The translations under genes were made by a program, and so were the position numbers. Positions 37,941 to 50,599 of a stretch of 64,000 nucleotides of DNA are shown here, one piece after another (the first letter of the stretch is position 1; the number at the start of each line of letters is the position of its first letter). Origin of the DNA: Bugula neritina (taxonomy: Eukaryota; Animalia; Bryozoa); contig OZ037767.1 in the NCBI GenBank assembly GCA_964035545.1, positions 28,288,628 to 28,352,627 of the forward strand, read 5' to 3'. A model generated the notes under the pieces. It worked only from the letters and a program-made list of their open reading frames with translations, searched no databases and was not told the DNA's origin.

Positions 37941-39697
37941 CAGGGATGTAGTGGCAAAAATATTCTAGGCCATACTCTCAGGCCGGGGGTCCAGGGGGCC
38001 GCCCAGGCCCCCGGCAGGGTCCGGGGCAGCGCCCCGGCCGCCGAAGCCCTCAGGGCTCTTCTGATGCAAATTTATGCAATTTAAAGCCATTGTGAATTAT
38101 AATTCTTCTGAAAAAAATCTGTGTTGAAATGTGCACCTCGCTATTATTTTCATACCATACCAGCTATATGACGACTGGGCATTGCTGCAAACTATATAAA
38201 TATTCAGTATTGTCCCATACTTGTTGACTGTAATTTTAAATGTAATCTTACTCAACTGCAGTTAGGTTTGTTCTGACATGCACCAAGTCCAAACTGTACA
38301 GAAAAATTGCTGAAGATCTCACAAAGATGGAAGGATAGAGGCAGGTAACAAGTGCTCACCAAATGCAACCTGATTATTTTATTAATAACTAATAGACTGA
38401 GGTGCCCAGAAAAAGAATAATAGATCAGAAAGGAGGCAGATTACAAATCAGAAAATGTGTGTTTGTTATTTATAAAGAGCAATTTGAATTGATAGCTCAT
38501 TGGCAAGCAGAAATTGGTTAAAAACCTAATTGGAGTTTATTAGAGTATTAGTCTAAACCATAAGGAGATACCACCACACCTACTTAACACACAATAAAGC
38601 ACACCCAAGAAGAGTATGTTAACTTGGTTTTAAAATAAAACCCCTAAACTTTCACTAGACACATCAAGGAAACATACCCCAAATGAAAAAATTTGACAGG
38701 TTTAATATGTGTTAACCTAGAAGATGATTGAATATAAAGCCAGATGTTGGTTAGTACAATCAAACATAAACGGTTACTTATGGTGGTGTACAGTTTGGAA
38801 AAACCTCATTGTATTGATATAATTAACATGCAATAACGCTAGGTTTTTGAGCAAAATGTGGACATAGTACCTGTGGACCTCAGTGATAAATTTTCGTTAA
38901 CCTCTCCTACACAACTGGTACTGTTTCTTGAAGAGATTTTGATTTTATTTCTGGATTTCATGTTGGTTTTTTAAATTCCATTGCTTATTGACAAAATACA
39001 AGTCCACACAAGATAGATAAGGGCAACCTTCTAGCTGTCACTGCCTAATTGTGCTAGAATAAAAATTTAAAAACCATGTTGTAGATCTACCTGTTCCTCA
39101 GAGCACCTGCTTTTTCGAGTTTTCAATACTTTTTTGCAAAGTTATAGACAAAAAACTACCCATTTTGGCCAATTTTATCTGAAAAGTTTATTTTTCAAAA
39201 TCTGCCAAATATCTCAGCAGAAAAGCATGGTATTGGAATAGAACAAACACTGTCGGAAACCTGAGAAATTTATGCATAGCAAATTTTTTGATCCTTTCAA
39301 TAGCCTTCATAGATTTTCCACAAATTAGTGATTTATAACACACTGAAATGAAATATTTTTCTCTTAGCAATCACCAATGCGCAGCACTTCGCGCTTCAGT
39401 GAACACGTAAAGATGAGAAGACGGAATGTTGATAGCTCTTATTATTCATAGTGTAATCTCAGGCTAAACAATCACAAGTAGGTAACACGCATGCCACCCA
39501 CATAGCATCAACATAACAAGAACTTAAACTAGATTGTGAGCGAAATTTATGATATTCTCAGTGAGGATGCCCTAACTATCCTGTGCACTAATCATCTTTC
39601 AAAAATATTATGCCCATACGGGCGTATGGCCTAGAACAGTCTGTTTTCTTCTAGGCCATACGGCGTATGGGACCGTATGGGTACCACTACATCCCTG
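37941..39697. mobile_element. Non-autonomous hAT-type DNA transposon (1757 bp)
   Basis: 14-bp terminal inverted repeats CAGGGATGTAGTGG / CCACTACATCCCTG; 8-bp target-site duplication TTTATACA; subterminal CCATACG/CGTATGG repeats; empty site in the paralog at ~46360; no transposase ORF. Confidence 0.92.
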
Positions 39698-41182
39698 TTT
39701 ATACATATATTTATATTACATTATCTCACTATTCCTAATGCGTGCTTCATTGCATATCAATATTAAAACAACTACAGAGGTTTCAAAAATTTAAAGTTTT
39801 GCAGTTTAAAAGTATGAAATGTTTTTAAAAACCATAATTACAGCTTTTATTTTGGATATACTGCATGGAAAACATGAGACAGTAAAAGTTTAAAGCATAC
39901 ACGTTATTTATAGAGACTTTATAATACAAGAACAAAGCATATTTATTTATAAAATAATCTAATTTATGACACGAAAGTGTTGAAAGATGCCTGTATTATG
40001 ATTCTCTGCAAACAGCTATCAGTGAGAAATTAATTGATTTTCTAATGAAAAAAGAGTTGGATTTTAAAATATACAAAAGAATTTTGTAGATCAGAAGCAT
40101 GCAAGTTTAACACTGAAAACTGTTTGAAATATCCTTCATTTTGTTGAAAATATTAGTTGGCGAGTAAAAGCTTAGTTCAGCTAAAATCAGTTCAGTTCTG
40201 AGAAATAATCTAAAAGTAGACGACACATGGTGTCAGCGGGTGTCACAACCATACGATGACAGTTAGAAATAGATATAAATAACTTGATTAGACGGATCCA
40301 ACCATCAAACTGACCAGCATAATTGAACTTTAGAGATCTCTAAACACAATTTGACAACCTGACATCCCAATCACATCACAAAACAATCTAATGTAATAAT
40401 CATAACATGGTAAACAGGAAAAAGTTCTAGCTTCACCAGTAGTCTTCAATGTTAGCGTATTCTGGCATAACAGGATCTAATGTGCTGTCGAAGGGTCATG
40501 AGGCTATAATCATCAATAAGTCAACAAACTCTAAGGCTATTTGTTTGTCTACGGATCAACAGAGTTTATCATTTCTACATATTCTTGCTAATTCATTTTT
40601 GTAAGAGAGTTAGGCTGTTGGTTAGCAAGAAGTACTGGGTGATAAAATGTATTAATTCACAGCAAATACTATAAGCAAGAGGCAGTACTCTAAAGATAGC
40701 AAGCTTCAAGCTTATCACTCCTCCCAAGCTCAGCATTATCTATTTTTCATTTAATGTTTGGAAACAGTTGCCGGGAATGAAACTACAACTATAAGTTCAC
40801 ACAAACCGAAACCATTAATTTATCAGTGCAGCATCCATTCGAATAAGCAAGTCATGGAAATCAGTGAATAAGAGACAATAGTTTGCACAATTCTGACGTT
40901 GCTTCGTTTCTTGTACTAGACTTGCCTCTCTTTGTTTGAATGGGGGGGGGGGGGGAGGGGGGAATGGAAAGCTTTAATTAACTCAAATAAGTGTCATAAG
41001 AAATCTTGCACTTACTAAAATTGTCAAACCTGAATATACCTTAGAAATTTCTACGCCATGATTTCTGTATTTTTGGCAATTATTCTGATTTTATCAAACT
41101 TCCTACAGTATTTATTAATCTCATTAAAAAGCCTTGCGTAGTTGTAACATACAGCTAGCTAGAATATATAAATATCAGTAGC

Positions 41183-41183
<1 letters not shown>

Positions 41184-41258
<75 letters not shown>
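41184..41258. repeat. (TA)n microsatellite, about 37 units, upstream of peptide gene B
   Basis: Visible. The homologous tract at 47808-47948 has about 70 units, and another at 34231-34273 has about 21. Confidence 0.97.
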
Positions 41259-41268
<10 letters not shown>

Positions 41269-41720
41269 ATATATGTATATATATGTATATATATGTATAT
41301 AAAAATAAAGTTTACAATGGCCAGATCTAGAGCTGCTATCTTTTTTATTCTACAATATAATTTTATTTTTCAAATACATTTTGAAGCAAAACATATTTTG
41401 CGTTTGGCATCAGAAATTGAACAAATGAGAAAACTACGTTTATATCCTGATTATCTGTGAATAGTACAAAATATTATTTCATAAGTTGCCCAATCATGAG
41501 TTAGTAAGAGAGATGTCTACATTATAAATATGATGTCAGGGTGTCACAACCCTGGTGATGAAAGTCCTGAAATAGATATGGATGACCCAATTAGGAACTA
41601 ATCAAAACAACCAGCAGATGAAACTTTACTATATAAACTCGAGAGAGTCCAGTTAGATTCACAGTCTTTCCTCTATTACACACTTAGAGTAGCCTTTTGC
41701 TTGCAAATTATAAAACGAAT

Positions 41721-42461
41721 ATGAAGGTGGCAGTTATTGTACTAGCAGTAGCCTTGGCTCTAGTTGTGAGTGCTATAGATACAACCTGTCCAGATGGTAA
41801 GTACTGCTGTTTAGTGCTGCTCTCCTATAATTTACTTAGAATTTTTATATTTTCTGTATTTTCTTTATCAGAACCTATTGCATTGGGGATACTATACTAA
41901 TATATTGTAAAAATATTTAATTTTGAAATTTACTTGAGCTAGAAAAACTACAAAATATGAATTGTGTGACAGAACCACAGTAATTCATTAGCAAAAGGAA
42001 TAGTGGTAATGGAAATGTTTGATGTGAAATGGCTTTAGGCTTCGTGTAGTTGTAAACATAATAATATTATATAACTTTTTCCTACTCTTCATAGACAGGT
42101 GAAAGAATTTAAATAAACAAGTAAAATACTGCAAAATATAACACTACATCATGTGAATAGTTTTCACTTGTCATAGTGCAATCATAATATTCTAGTATTG
42201 ACATGTTTGCTATATCTTGTGATGTAATAGTATGCACCAAATAACATTACAACTGAACATTATGTTATAGGTGACACGTGCGCCTGCTGTAGTCAGGGTA
42301 ACAAGTATAGACAAAATGTGACAGATGACTGCAGGTCCTTTATACAGACCTTTCAAGGCATTGACTACCCGGTGGACTGCTCTCCTGGCTTGGCCTTTGA
42401 CCTCAACACCTGTGTCTGTGACTGGCCAGACCGTGTTCAATGCGAGGAATGTGATTCATAA
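41721..42461 (+). CDS. Secreted 10-Cys CBM14-like peptide B (88 aa); exons 41721-41796 and 42271-42461
   Basis: MKVAVIVLAVALALVVSA-IDTTCPDGDTCACCSQGNKYRQNVTDDCRSFIQTFQGIDYPVDCSPGLAFDLNTCVCDWPDRVQCEECDS*; canonical splice sites; CDW motif. Confidence 0.9.
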
Positions 42462-42925
42462 TGTCCTCCAATTTTCATATGTTTTTTATGTTTTGAATAG
42501 ATGCTGATGTGTTAAAACTGTTGGTTTTCGCAAATAAATGTACTCTAACATCAGAAATACCATTGATTTATCCTTTTAGAAAAGTTTATAATTTGGTTTG
42601 ATATTCCATTATGCTGAGCACCTGGTATTCTACCTGGCAACTACTAGTAAATAGTTATACTGACTCATTATGGTTAATTGGTTAGAAGTCAATAAACATT
42701 AAATAAATCAGCATGTTTTAAAGATTCGTAATTTACAAAATTTAGGCTCTAAATTTTAGGGTGAATGCCAACATTTTTGCTGAGTTAAAATGTAGCTATA
42801 GTTATCTAGAAGGTTCCTCATCTTTATCATAGAGGTACTTGGGCTTAAGTATTCCTGATTGACACAAAATATCTATAAGCAATAAATATGATCTGCATGA
42901 AAAGTCTCATGAAAGATAATATACC

Positions 42926-43377
42926 ATTGTCATCCCAGATAGACACTTCCCAGTTACACGCTAAAATATATATTTTATGTGCGATTTATTTAAATACTAT
43001 CGAAATACACCTACATTTAAATAAACTTGAATCACAATTGCTTAATGTTATTTAGCACATAAAGAAACTCTTTTAATCTGCATTAACTTATTATTTTACA
43101 TTTTCTATACTTCGCATTGTTTGAAAAAATACATATTTTGGCAATAAGAATTCATTAAAGATAATTTGTCTATTATTAATGTATTACTGTTTTTTTTGTC
43201 CCACCCAAATCAGTGAAAATTGGAGTATTATTCCAAATAATTTATATTATCTATTATAGCTATAAGCATATTAGCTATTTAGCAATCCATACAACAGTTA
43301 AGTAGGTACCAAAATAAAAAATAGCGGCTTACTGGGAAGCGTCTAACTTGGAACCATCTATCTGGGATGAAATCAAT
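42926..43377. mobile_element. MITE of about 450 bp
   Basis: Imperfect terminal inverted repeats (TCATCCCAGATAGA / TCTATCTGGGATGA); flanking direct repeat ATACC, extendable to AATATACC; absent from the paralogous site at ~49574. Confidence 0.8.
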
Positions 43378-44005
43378 ATACCTACGATGATTTTTCTCCT
43401 TTCATAACACTTTTTTTATATTCATGCAATTATAAAATCTGAATGAGAATGCTATAAATTGGTGCATACAAATGGTTGTGATTATTGTTATTAGTTGGTG
43501 CTTATTTGGCTTGAGTTTTATTACGTTTATCAGTATGCATGTTTTATTTTTCTAATAAGAATAAACATAATATGTTTTCAAGCAAACACATTTCATATAC
43601 TTTGCTTTTGTTTTTAAACAGCTGTTTATGCCTCTATTTTCTATGAATATTACTAAATATTGAAACTTATAAAATTATAAATGCATTTAATTTATAATAT
43701 ATAATTTGCAACTTCATTCTCACAAAGATCCTTTAATAATTGGGTAATATTTATTTTCTTTGATTGATACAACTTCAATGAAGTTTTCCTTTTACTCATT
43801 CTAGTGTATTTTTCATTTTCTTCTGCAACTAGTTAATAATAAATACAAAATATCTTTTCATCAAGCTATAATTTACCTAATTTGGAGGCTACGAAATTGA
43901 ATGAATACATTTATATCAGTTATTAGTGAACTTTATAAGAGGTGAAACTTTCAAGGTTACACATTTTTTTTAGAAATTGAGAGTTTTAAGGATTCTAAAT
44001 AATCT

Positions 44006-44253
44006 GTGAAAACTCTAGACTGTTCTGTGCACCCAGTGAGCCACAAAAGCTCTTCAAACTTTTTAAATAAGTTAGGAATGGTCTTCTCCTAATTTTTTCT
44101 AAACCAGTTATATATCTTGGAATTATTAACACTGATTTAGTTTATATACACGTACAAAATTTTCAGATGACCATAAATGTGTTTCTCACTTTTGTTGTGA
44201 AAACTCTAGACTGTTCTGTGCACCCAGTCAGCCACAAAAACTCTTCAAACTTT
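44006..44253 (+). repeat. Pair of ~57-bp direct repeats (44006-44062 and 44197-44253)
   Basis: GTGAAAACTCTAGACTGTTCTGTGCACCCAGT(G/C)AGCCACAAAA.CTCTTCAAACTTT occurs twice. Confidence 0.85.
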
Positions 44254-44289
44254 CGAAGGAGTTGTTTTCCCAAGTTCTGTATAAGTATG

Positions 44290-45390
44290 CTAAATATCTT
44301 GAAATTATTAAAGCCAATGATTTAAAATATTGTAACTAATTTTGCAAAAAAAGTAATTATGAGAAGCATGAGCAGGTTAGTCTGGACTCTAGAGGACATT
44401 TTAGATTTGTACAATGGAGGTTACCAACAAATTTATATTGAACTATATATTACATAAGCAATGTTTTTAAAAACTTCTAGTAACTTTTGCAATTTCCTGG
44501 CCATTAGCAACAAAAAAAATTATGGTGCATTTATTTTGTGAAAAATATAGGGTGAAAAAAGGCTATAGAGAGATATTTTCATAGCTGTTTGAATCTAGCT
44601 AGAACTTTCAAAACATGGCAGAGTTCTTAAGAAAATCGAAACATAGTGTGATGAGACACATGCTTACACGCATGATCTTACATGTAAAATATGTTTTGAA
44701 GAATGTACTCTCTCAATCAAGTGCATAATAATAAAGTTACAGCATTTGCAATATATTACCATTTGAAATGTTATATTCATTTACAGAGATTGGTGATCAA
44801 TATATGAGATATTTAGATGTCAATTCTGCTGCAAATGAACTTGGATATGAGTTGTGTGCAGTGCAGCACTTCCTGGCTTTCATGCTCTACTAGGTTGTGA
44901 TTTGATTAGCACTTTTATGGGAAAAGAAAATGACCAATTTACTCTTTCTTGAAAAAACATTCATAATTTGCTGAAAGCTTTGAACAGCTTGGAAAGTATA
45001 CTTCAAGTCACAACTGCAACTACTTAAATAGAAAAGTTTGTAAATAAGAATAGATGATGTTTGATATGCTCTATTCTGTTCTCCAACAAAGATGGCTCAA
45101 TGTAAAATTTGCAGCTTTCCTCACAAAAAGTGAACTTATGCTGTACATAAAATATTTATCAGACAACTACATAAAGAAGGGCAACAATTGCCTTTGTCAA
45201 TGCACCATTTCCAGAATATTATGAGTAGAAATTGTGTTGAGAATGGCAGCATCACTATAAAATGACTGACTCAAGTCCTTGTGCCCAAAAATGCATTGAA
45301 AAACATATTATCTTGCTGCTGTAAAACCAGTTGCAATAAATCCTGATGTGAATGTCAGAAATCTCAAATGCAGTGCACTGCATGGTGCAT
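44290..45390 (+). pseudogene. Decayed Academ(X)-like DNA transposon ORF fragment (XPG/PIN-H3TH nuclease plus C-terminal Cys-rich finger)
   Basis: Remnant motifs TRMILHVK (~44665), LPGFHALLGCDLISTFMGK (44869-44925) and SCCCKTSCNKS*CECQKSQMQCTAWC (~45311-45388); many stops and frameshifts. Confidence 0.65.
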
Positions 45391-47806
45391 CACTGCGTTT
45401 CCATGCAGGCGAATGAATCCGTATGGATGCCCGTACGGATTACATCGAAGGAAAACCACACGTTCCTATGCAATCCGTACAAAGTTATTTTCTCTTTGCA
45501 ATTGTGGTGTCTGAACTAAAATGATAATTAATATGGCCAACTTTGAGTCAGTGTTCCTGCACAATGACACTTTTTTAATTACCACTTCTGTCTCCATTTT
45601 TGATAGATTAAATTAATTAAATACACAAACTTTGAGTCAGTTTATTTTAAATTAAAAAAGCGTAAACCAATGAAAGCGTAAAACAATTAAACATTAAAAC
45701 ATTGAATTTTAAAAGCAATTTAGCAACTTAAGTACTAGCAGTTTGGAAATTACCCTATAATATAATATTAGCTACTAAAATTATATTTTATTCATGCATA
45801 CTTGGCGATTATCTTTATTACATAAATTATGTTTATCAGCTAGCTGTATATTCTCTGTATTAAATACTTAAAAGGATAATTTTCAAATTTTTGAATTTTG
45901 CCTGAATTTTTTACTTTGAATTTTTATGCTAATCTTTTTACAGAATTTAAGGTAGTGCTTAATTATTAAAAAACCAAGTAGCACAATAACCGGTTTTTAA
46001 GAGTTTTCATTATCATGTTAGCAGATTATTTTTAAGTTTTGTCAGCAAAATTATAAAAATAGATAAACAAAAAATAGCACAACAATTTAATTTAAGATCA
46101 AGTGTCATTCTAGTTATATTTTTATTACAAATATACTATAATAATCTGTTCAATGGGTTTCATGTTTTGTTACCAAAGTTGTCTGCTCTTGCAAGTTGTG
46201 TCCGAGCATTTTCTATTTACTTTTAAACAGTAAAACATTTGCTTAATATTTTTTCACAACCCAAGTTCCATTGTACATTTATGCAACCTGAGCAGTAAAT
46301 ATTGCAAACTACATGCAATGTTATTACTATTACATATCTATTATTTATGTATACATTGCACATTTATATATTTATATTACAATATCTCATTATTTATAAT
46401 ATGTGTTTCATTGTATATAAATATTAAAATAACTACAAAGGTTTTACCAAACTAAAGGTTTGCAGTTTGAAAGTATGAAATGCATTTAAAAACCAAAATT
46501 AAAAGTTTTATTTTCAATATTACACGCATGCAGAAGACATGAGATAATATAATTTTAAAACATGCTTATTGATATTAGAGATTTTATAATACAAGTATAA
46601 AACATGTTAATATTGATAAAATACTCTGATTCATAATATGAAAGTGTTGAAAGTATTATAAATTTTCTGCACAAAGTCATCAATGAGAAATTGGTTGTCT
46701 ATAATGAAAACAGAGTTAGACTTGAAAGTATAAAAATAGTTTGGTTGAAGCAGAATATTTGTTAGGATATCCTTAATTTTGTGGAAAATGTTAGTTTGTG
46801 GGTAACTTAGTTTAACTAAATTCAGTTCAGTTCTGAGAAATAATCTAAAGGTAGACACATGGTGTCAGTATGTGTCACAACCATATGATGACAGTTAAAA
46901 ATAGATATCAATAATTTGATTAGACGAATCCAACCGTCCAACTGACCAGCATAATTGAACTTTATAGATCTCAAAACACAATTTGACAACCTGACATCTC
47001 AATCACATCACAGAACAATCTAATGTAATGATCATAATATGGTAAACAGGAAAAAGTTCTAGCTTCACCAGTAGTCTTCAATTCGTTGATGTATCCTAAC
47101 ATAACAGGATCTAATGTGCTGTCGAAGGGTCATGAGGTCATAATCATCAATAAGTCAACAAACTCTAAGACTGTTTGTTTACGGATCAACAGAGTTTATC
47201 ATTTCCACATATTATTGCTGATTCATTTTTGTAAGAGAGTTAGGCTGTTGGTTAGCAAGAAGTACCGTGGGTGATAAAATGTAGTAACTCACAGCAAATA
47301 CTATAAGCAAGAGGCATTACTCTAAAGATAGCAAGTTTCAAGCTTATCACTCCGCTTCCAAGCTCAGCATTATCTATTTTTCATTTAATATTTGGAAACA
47401 GTTGATGCAAACCGAAACCATAAGTTCACGCAAACCGAAACCATTAATTTATCAGTGCAGCATTCATTCGCATAAGCAAGTCATGGAAACCAGTGAATAA
47501 GAGACAATAGTTTGCACAATTCTGACGTTGCTTCGTTTCTTGTACTAGACTTGCCTCTCTTTGTTTGAATGGGGGGAGGGGGGGGGATTGGAAAGCTTTA
47601 ATTAACTCAAATAAGTGTCATAAGAAATCTTGCACTTACTAAAATTGTCAAACCTGAATATACCTTAGAAATTTCTACGCCATGATTTCTGTATTTTTGG
47701 CAATTATTCTGATTTTATCAAACTTCCTAGAGTATTTATTAATCTCATTAAAAAGCGTTGTGTAGTTGTAACATACAGCTAGCTAGAATATATAAATATC
47801 AGTAGC

Positions 47807-47954
<148 letters not shown>

Positions 47955-48374
47955 CAAAATAAAGTTTACAATGGCCAGATCTAGAGCTGCTATCTCTTTT
48001 ATTCTACAATATAGTTTTGTTTTTCAAATACATTTTGAAGCAAAACATATTTTGCATTTGGCATCAGAAATTGAACAAATGAGAAAACTACTGTTTATAT
48101 CCTGAATATCTGTGAATAATACAAAATATTATTTCATAAGTTGCCCAATCATGAGTTAGTAAGAGAGATGTCTACATTATAAATATGATGTCAGAGTGTC
48201 ACAACCCTGGTGATGAAAGTCCTGAAATAGATATGAATGACCCAACTAGGAACTAATCAAAACAACCAGTAGATGAAACTTTACTATATAAACTCGAGAG
48301 AGTCCAGTTAGATTCACAGTCTTTCCTCAATACACACTTAGAGTAGCCTATTGCTTGCAAATTATAACACAAAT

Positions 48375-49116
48375 ATGAAGGTGGCAGTTATTGTACTAGC
48401 AGTAGCCTTGGTTCTAGCTGTGAGTGCTATAGATACAACCTGTCCAGATGGTAAGTACTGCTGTTTAGTGCTGCTCTCCTATAATTTACTTAGAATTTTT
48501 ATATTTTCTGTATTTTCTTTATCAGAACCTATTGCATTGGGGATACTATACTACTATATTGTAAAAATATTTAATTTTGAATTTTACTTGAGCTAGAAAA
48601 ACTACAAAATATGAAATGTGTGACAGAAACGTAATAAATAATTGGTAAAAGAAATAGTGGTTAGAATGGAAATGTTTGATGAGAAAAGGCTTTAGGCTTC
48701 GTGTATTTGTAAACATAATAATATTATATAACTTTTTCCTACTCTTCATAGACAGGTGAAAGAATTTAAATCGACAAGTAAAATACTGTAAAATAACACT
48801 ACATCATGTGAATAGTTTTCACTTGTCATAGTGCAATCATAATATTCTAGTGTTGACATGTTTGCTATATCTTGTGATGTAATAGTATGCACCAAATAAC
48901 ATTACAACTGAACATTATGTTATAGGTGACACGTGCGCCTGCTGTAACCTGGGTAACAAGTATAGACAAAATGTAACAGATGACTGCAGGTCCTTTATAC
49001 AGACCTTTCAAGGCATTGACTACCCGGTGGACTGCTCTCCTGGCTTAGCCTTTGACCTCAAAACCTGTGTCTGTGACTGGCCAGACCGTGTTCAATGCGA
49101 GGAATGTGATTCATAA
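48375..49116 (+). CDS. Secreted 10-Cys CBM14-like peptide C (88 aa); exons 48375-48450 and 48926-49116
   Basis: MKVAVIVLAVALVLAVSA-IDTTCPDGDTCACCNLGNKYRQNVTDDCRSFIQTFQGIDYPVDCSPGLAFDLKTCVCDWPDRVQCEECDS*; canonical splice sites. Confidence 0.9.
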
Positions 49117-50599
49117 TGTCCTCCAATTTTCATATGTTTTTTTATGTTTTGAATAGATGCTGATGTGTTAAAACTGTTGGTTTTCGCAAATAAATGTACT
49201 CTAACATCAGAAATATCATTGATTTATCCTTTTAGAAAAGTTTATGATTTGGTTTGATATTCCATTATGCTGAGCACCTGATATTTAGTAATTGCAACTA
49301 CTAGTAAATAGTTATACTGTCTCAGTATGGTTATGGCTAGAAGTCAATAAACATTAAAGAAATCAGCATGTTTTAAAGATTTGTGATTTACAAAATTTAG
49401 GCTTTTGGGGTGAATGCCACAATTTTTGCTGAGTTAGAATGTAGTTATAGTCATCTAGAAGGTGCCTCATCTTTATCATGATCATAGAAGTGCTTGGGCT
49501 TAAGTGTTTCTAATCGACACAAAATATCTAAGCAATAAATATGATCTGCATGAAAAGTCTCATGAAAGATAACATACCTATGATGGGGTTTCTCGTTATA
49601 TAGCACCTTTGTTGTATTAATGCAATTATAAAATCTGAATGGGAATGCTATAAATTGGTACATACAAGTGGTTATTGTTATTGTTACTAGTTGACGCCTA
49701 TTTGGCTTGAGTTTTATCACTTTATCAGTATCAGTATGCATGTTTTATTTTTCTAATAAGAATAAATGTTTAATGTTTTCAAGCAAACACATTTCGTATA
49801 CTTTGCTTTTGTTTTTAAACAGATGTTTATGCCTCTATTTTCTATGAATATTACAAAATATTGCAACTTATAAAATTATAAATGCACTTGATATATAATT
49901 TGCCACTTCATTCTCTCGAAGATGATTTAACAATTGGGTAATATTCATTTTCTTTGATACAATGCCAATGAAGTTTCCTTTTACTCAATCTAGTGTATTT
50001 TTCATTTTCCTCTGCAGTTAGTTAATAATAAATACAAAATATATTTTCATTAAGCTAATTCTTTAATTTGGAGGTTACAAAATCGAACGAGTACATTTAT
50101 GTCGGCCAGTAGTAAACTTTAAAGGTGAAATGTTCATATTTGGGCATATTTTATACAAAATTTCGTTGGCTAGAATATACGAACACTGGGCAGAATAGGT
50201 TGAAGTCATTGAACTATATAGTTTTAGTTCAGTGGCTGAAGTAATCCTAACAATAGGTAGGATAACTCCACGTCTATCTCTGAAGGTTATGACATAAAAA
50301 TCATGTAAGTACAGTCGCTACAAATATACGCTCGCATCTCGAATAACAGAATATTTTCTTTGCACAATGCATGTATTACACAATATTTATTCCAAACGCT
50401 AAAATAATAATTGAAACCAAGGCTACTCTGCTTTCGGATTTTATTTTCTCGTTTGAAAACGACCATTAGCATATTTTTTAAGTGATAAAACGCATATATC
50501 AGTTTCAATCATGTTAAAATAGATTTTCCTACGTATACTAGACTAATTGAGTTGGTGAAAAGTGATATTAATACTTTAATGTAAAAGTCAATTATTATA

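Larger units (their letters stand above)
37278..43955 (+). repeat. Segmental duplication copy 1 (paralog of 45732-50137)
   Basis: Colinear similarity from GTACTAGCAGTTTGGAAATT to ...GGTGAAA, interrupted by two insertions specific to copy 1. Confidence 0.9.

Noticed and set aside
33838-42507. Track ORFs 33838-34077, 35244-35615, 42210-42440 and 42325-42507 as genes
   Set aside because: They are shadows of the plus-strand Cys-rich exon 2. The track's MLANY... ORFs start at an upstream TTG and read into the intron.
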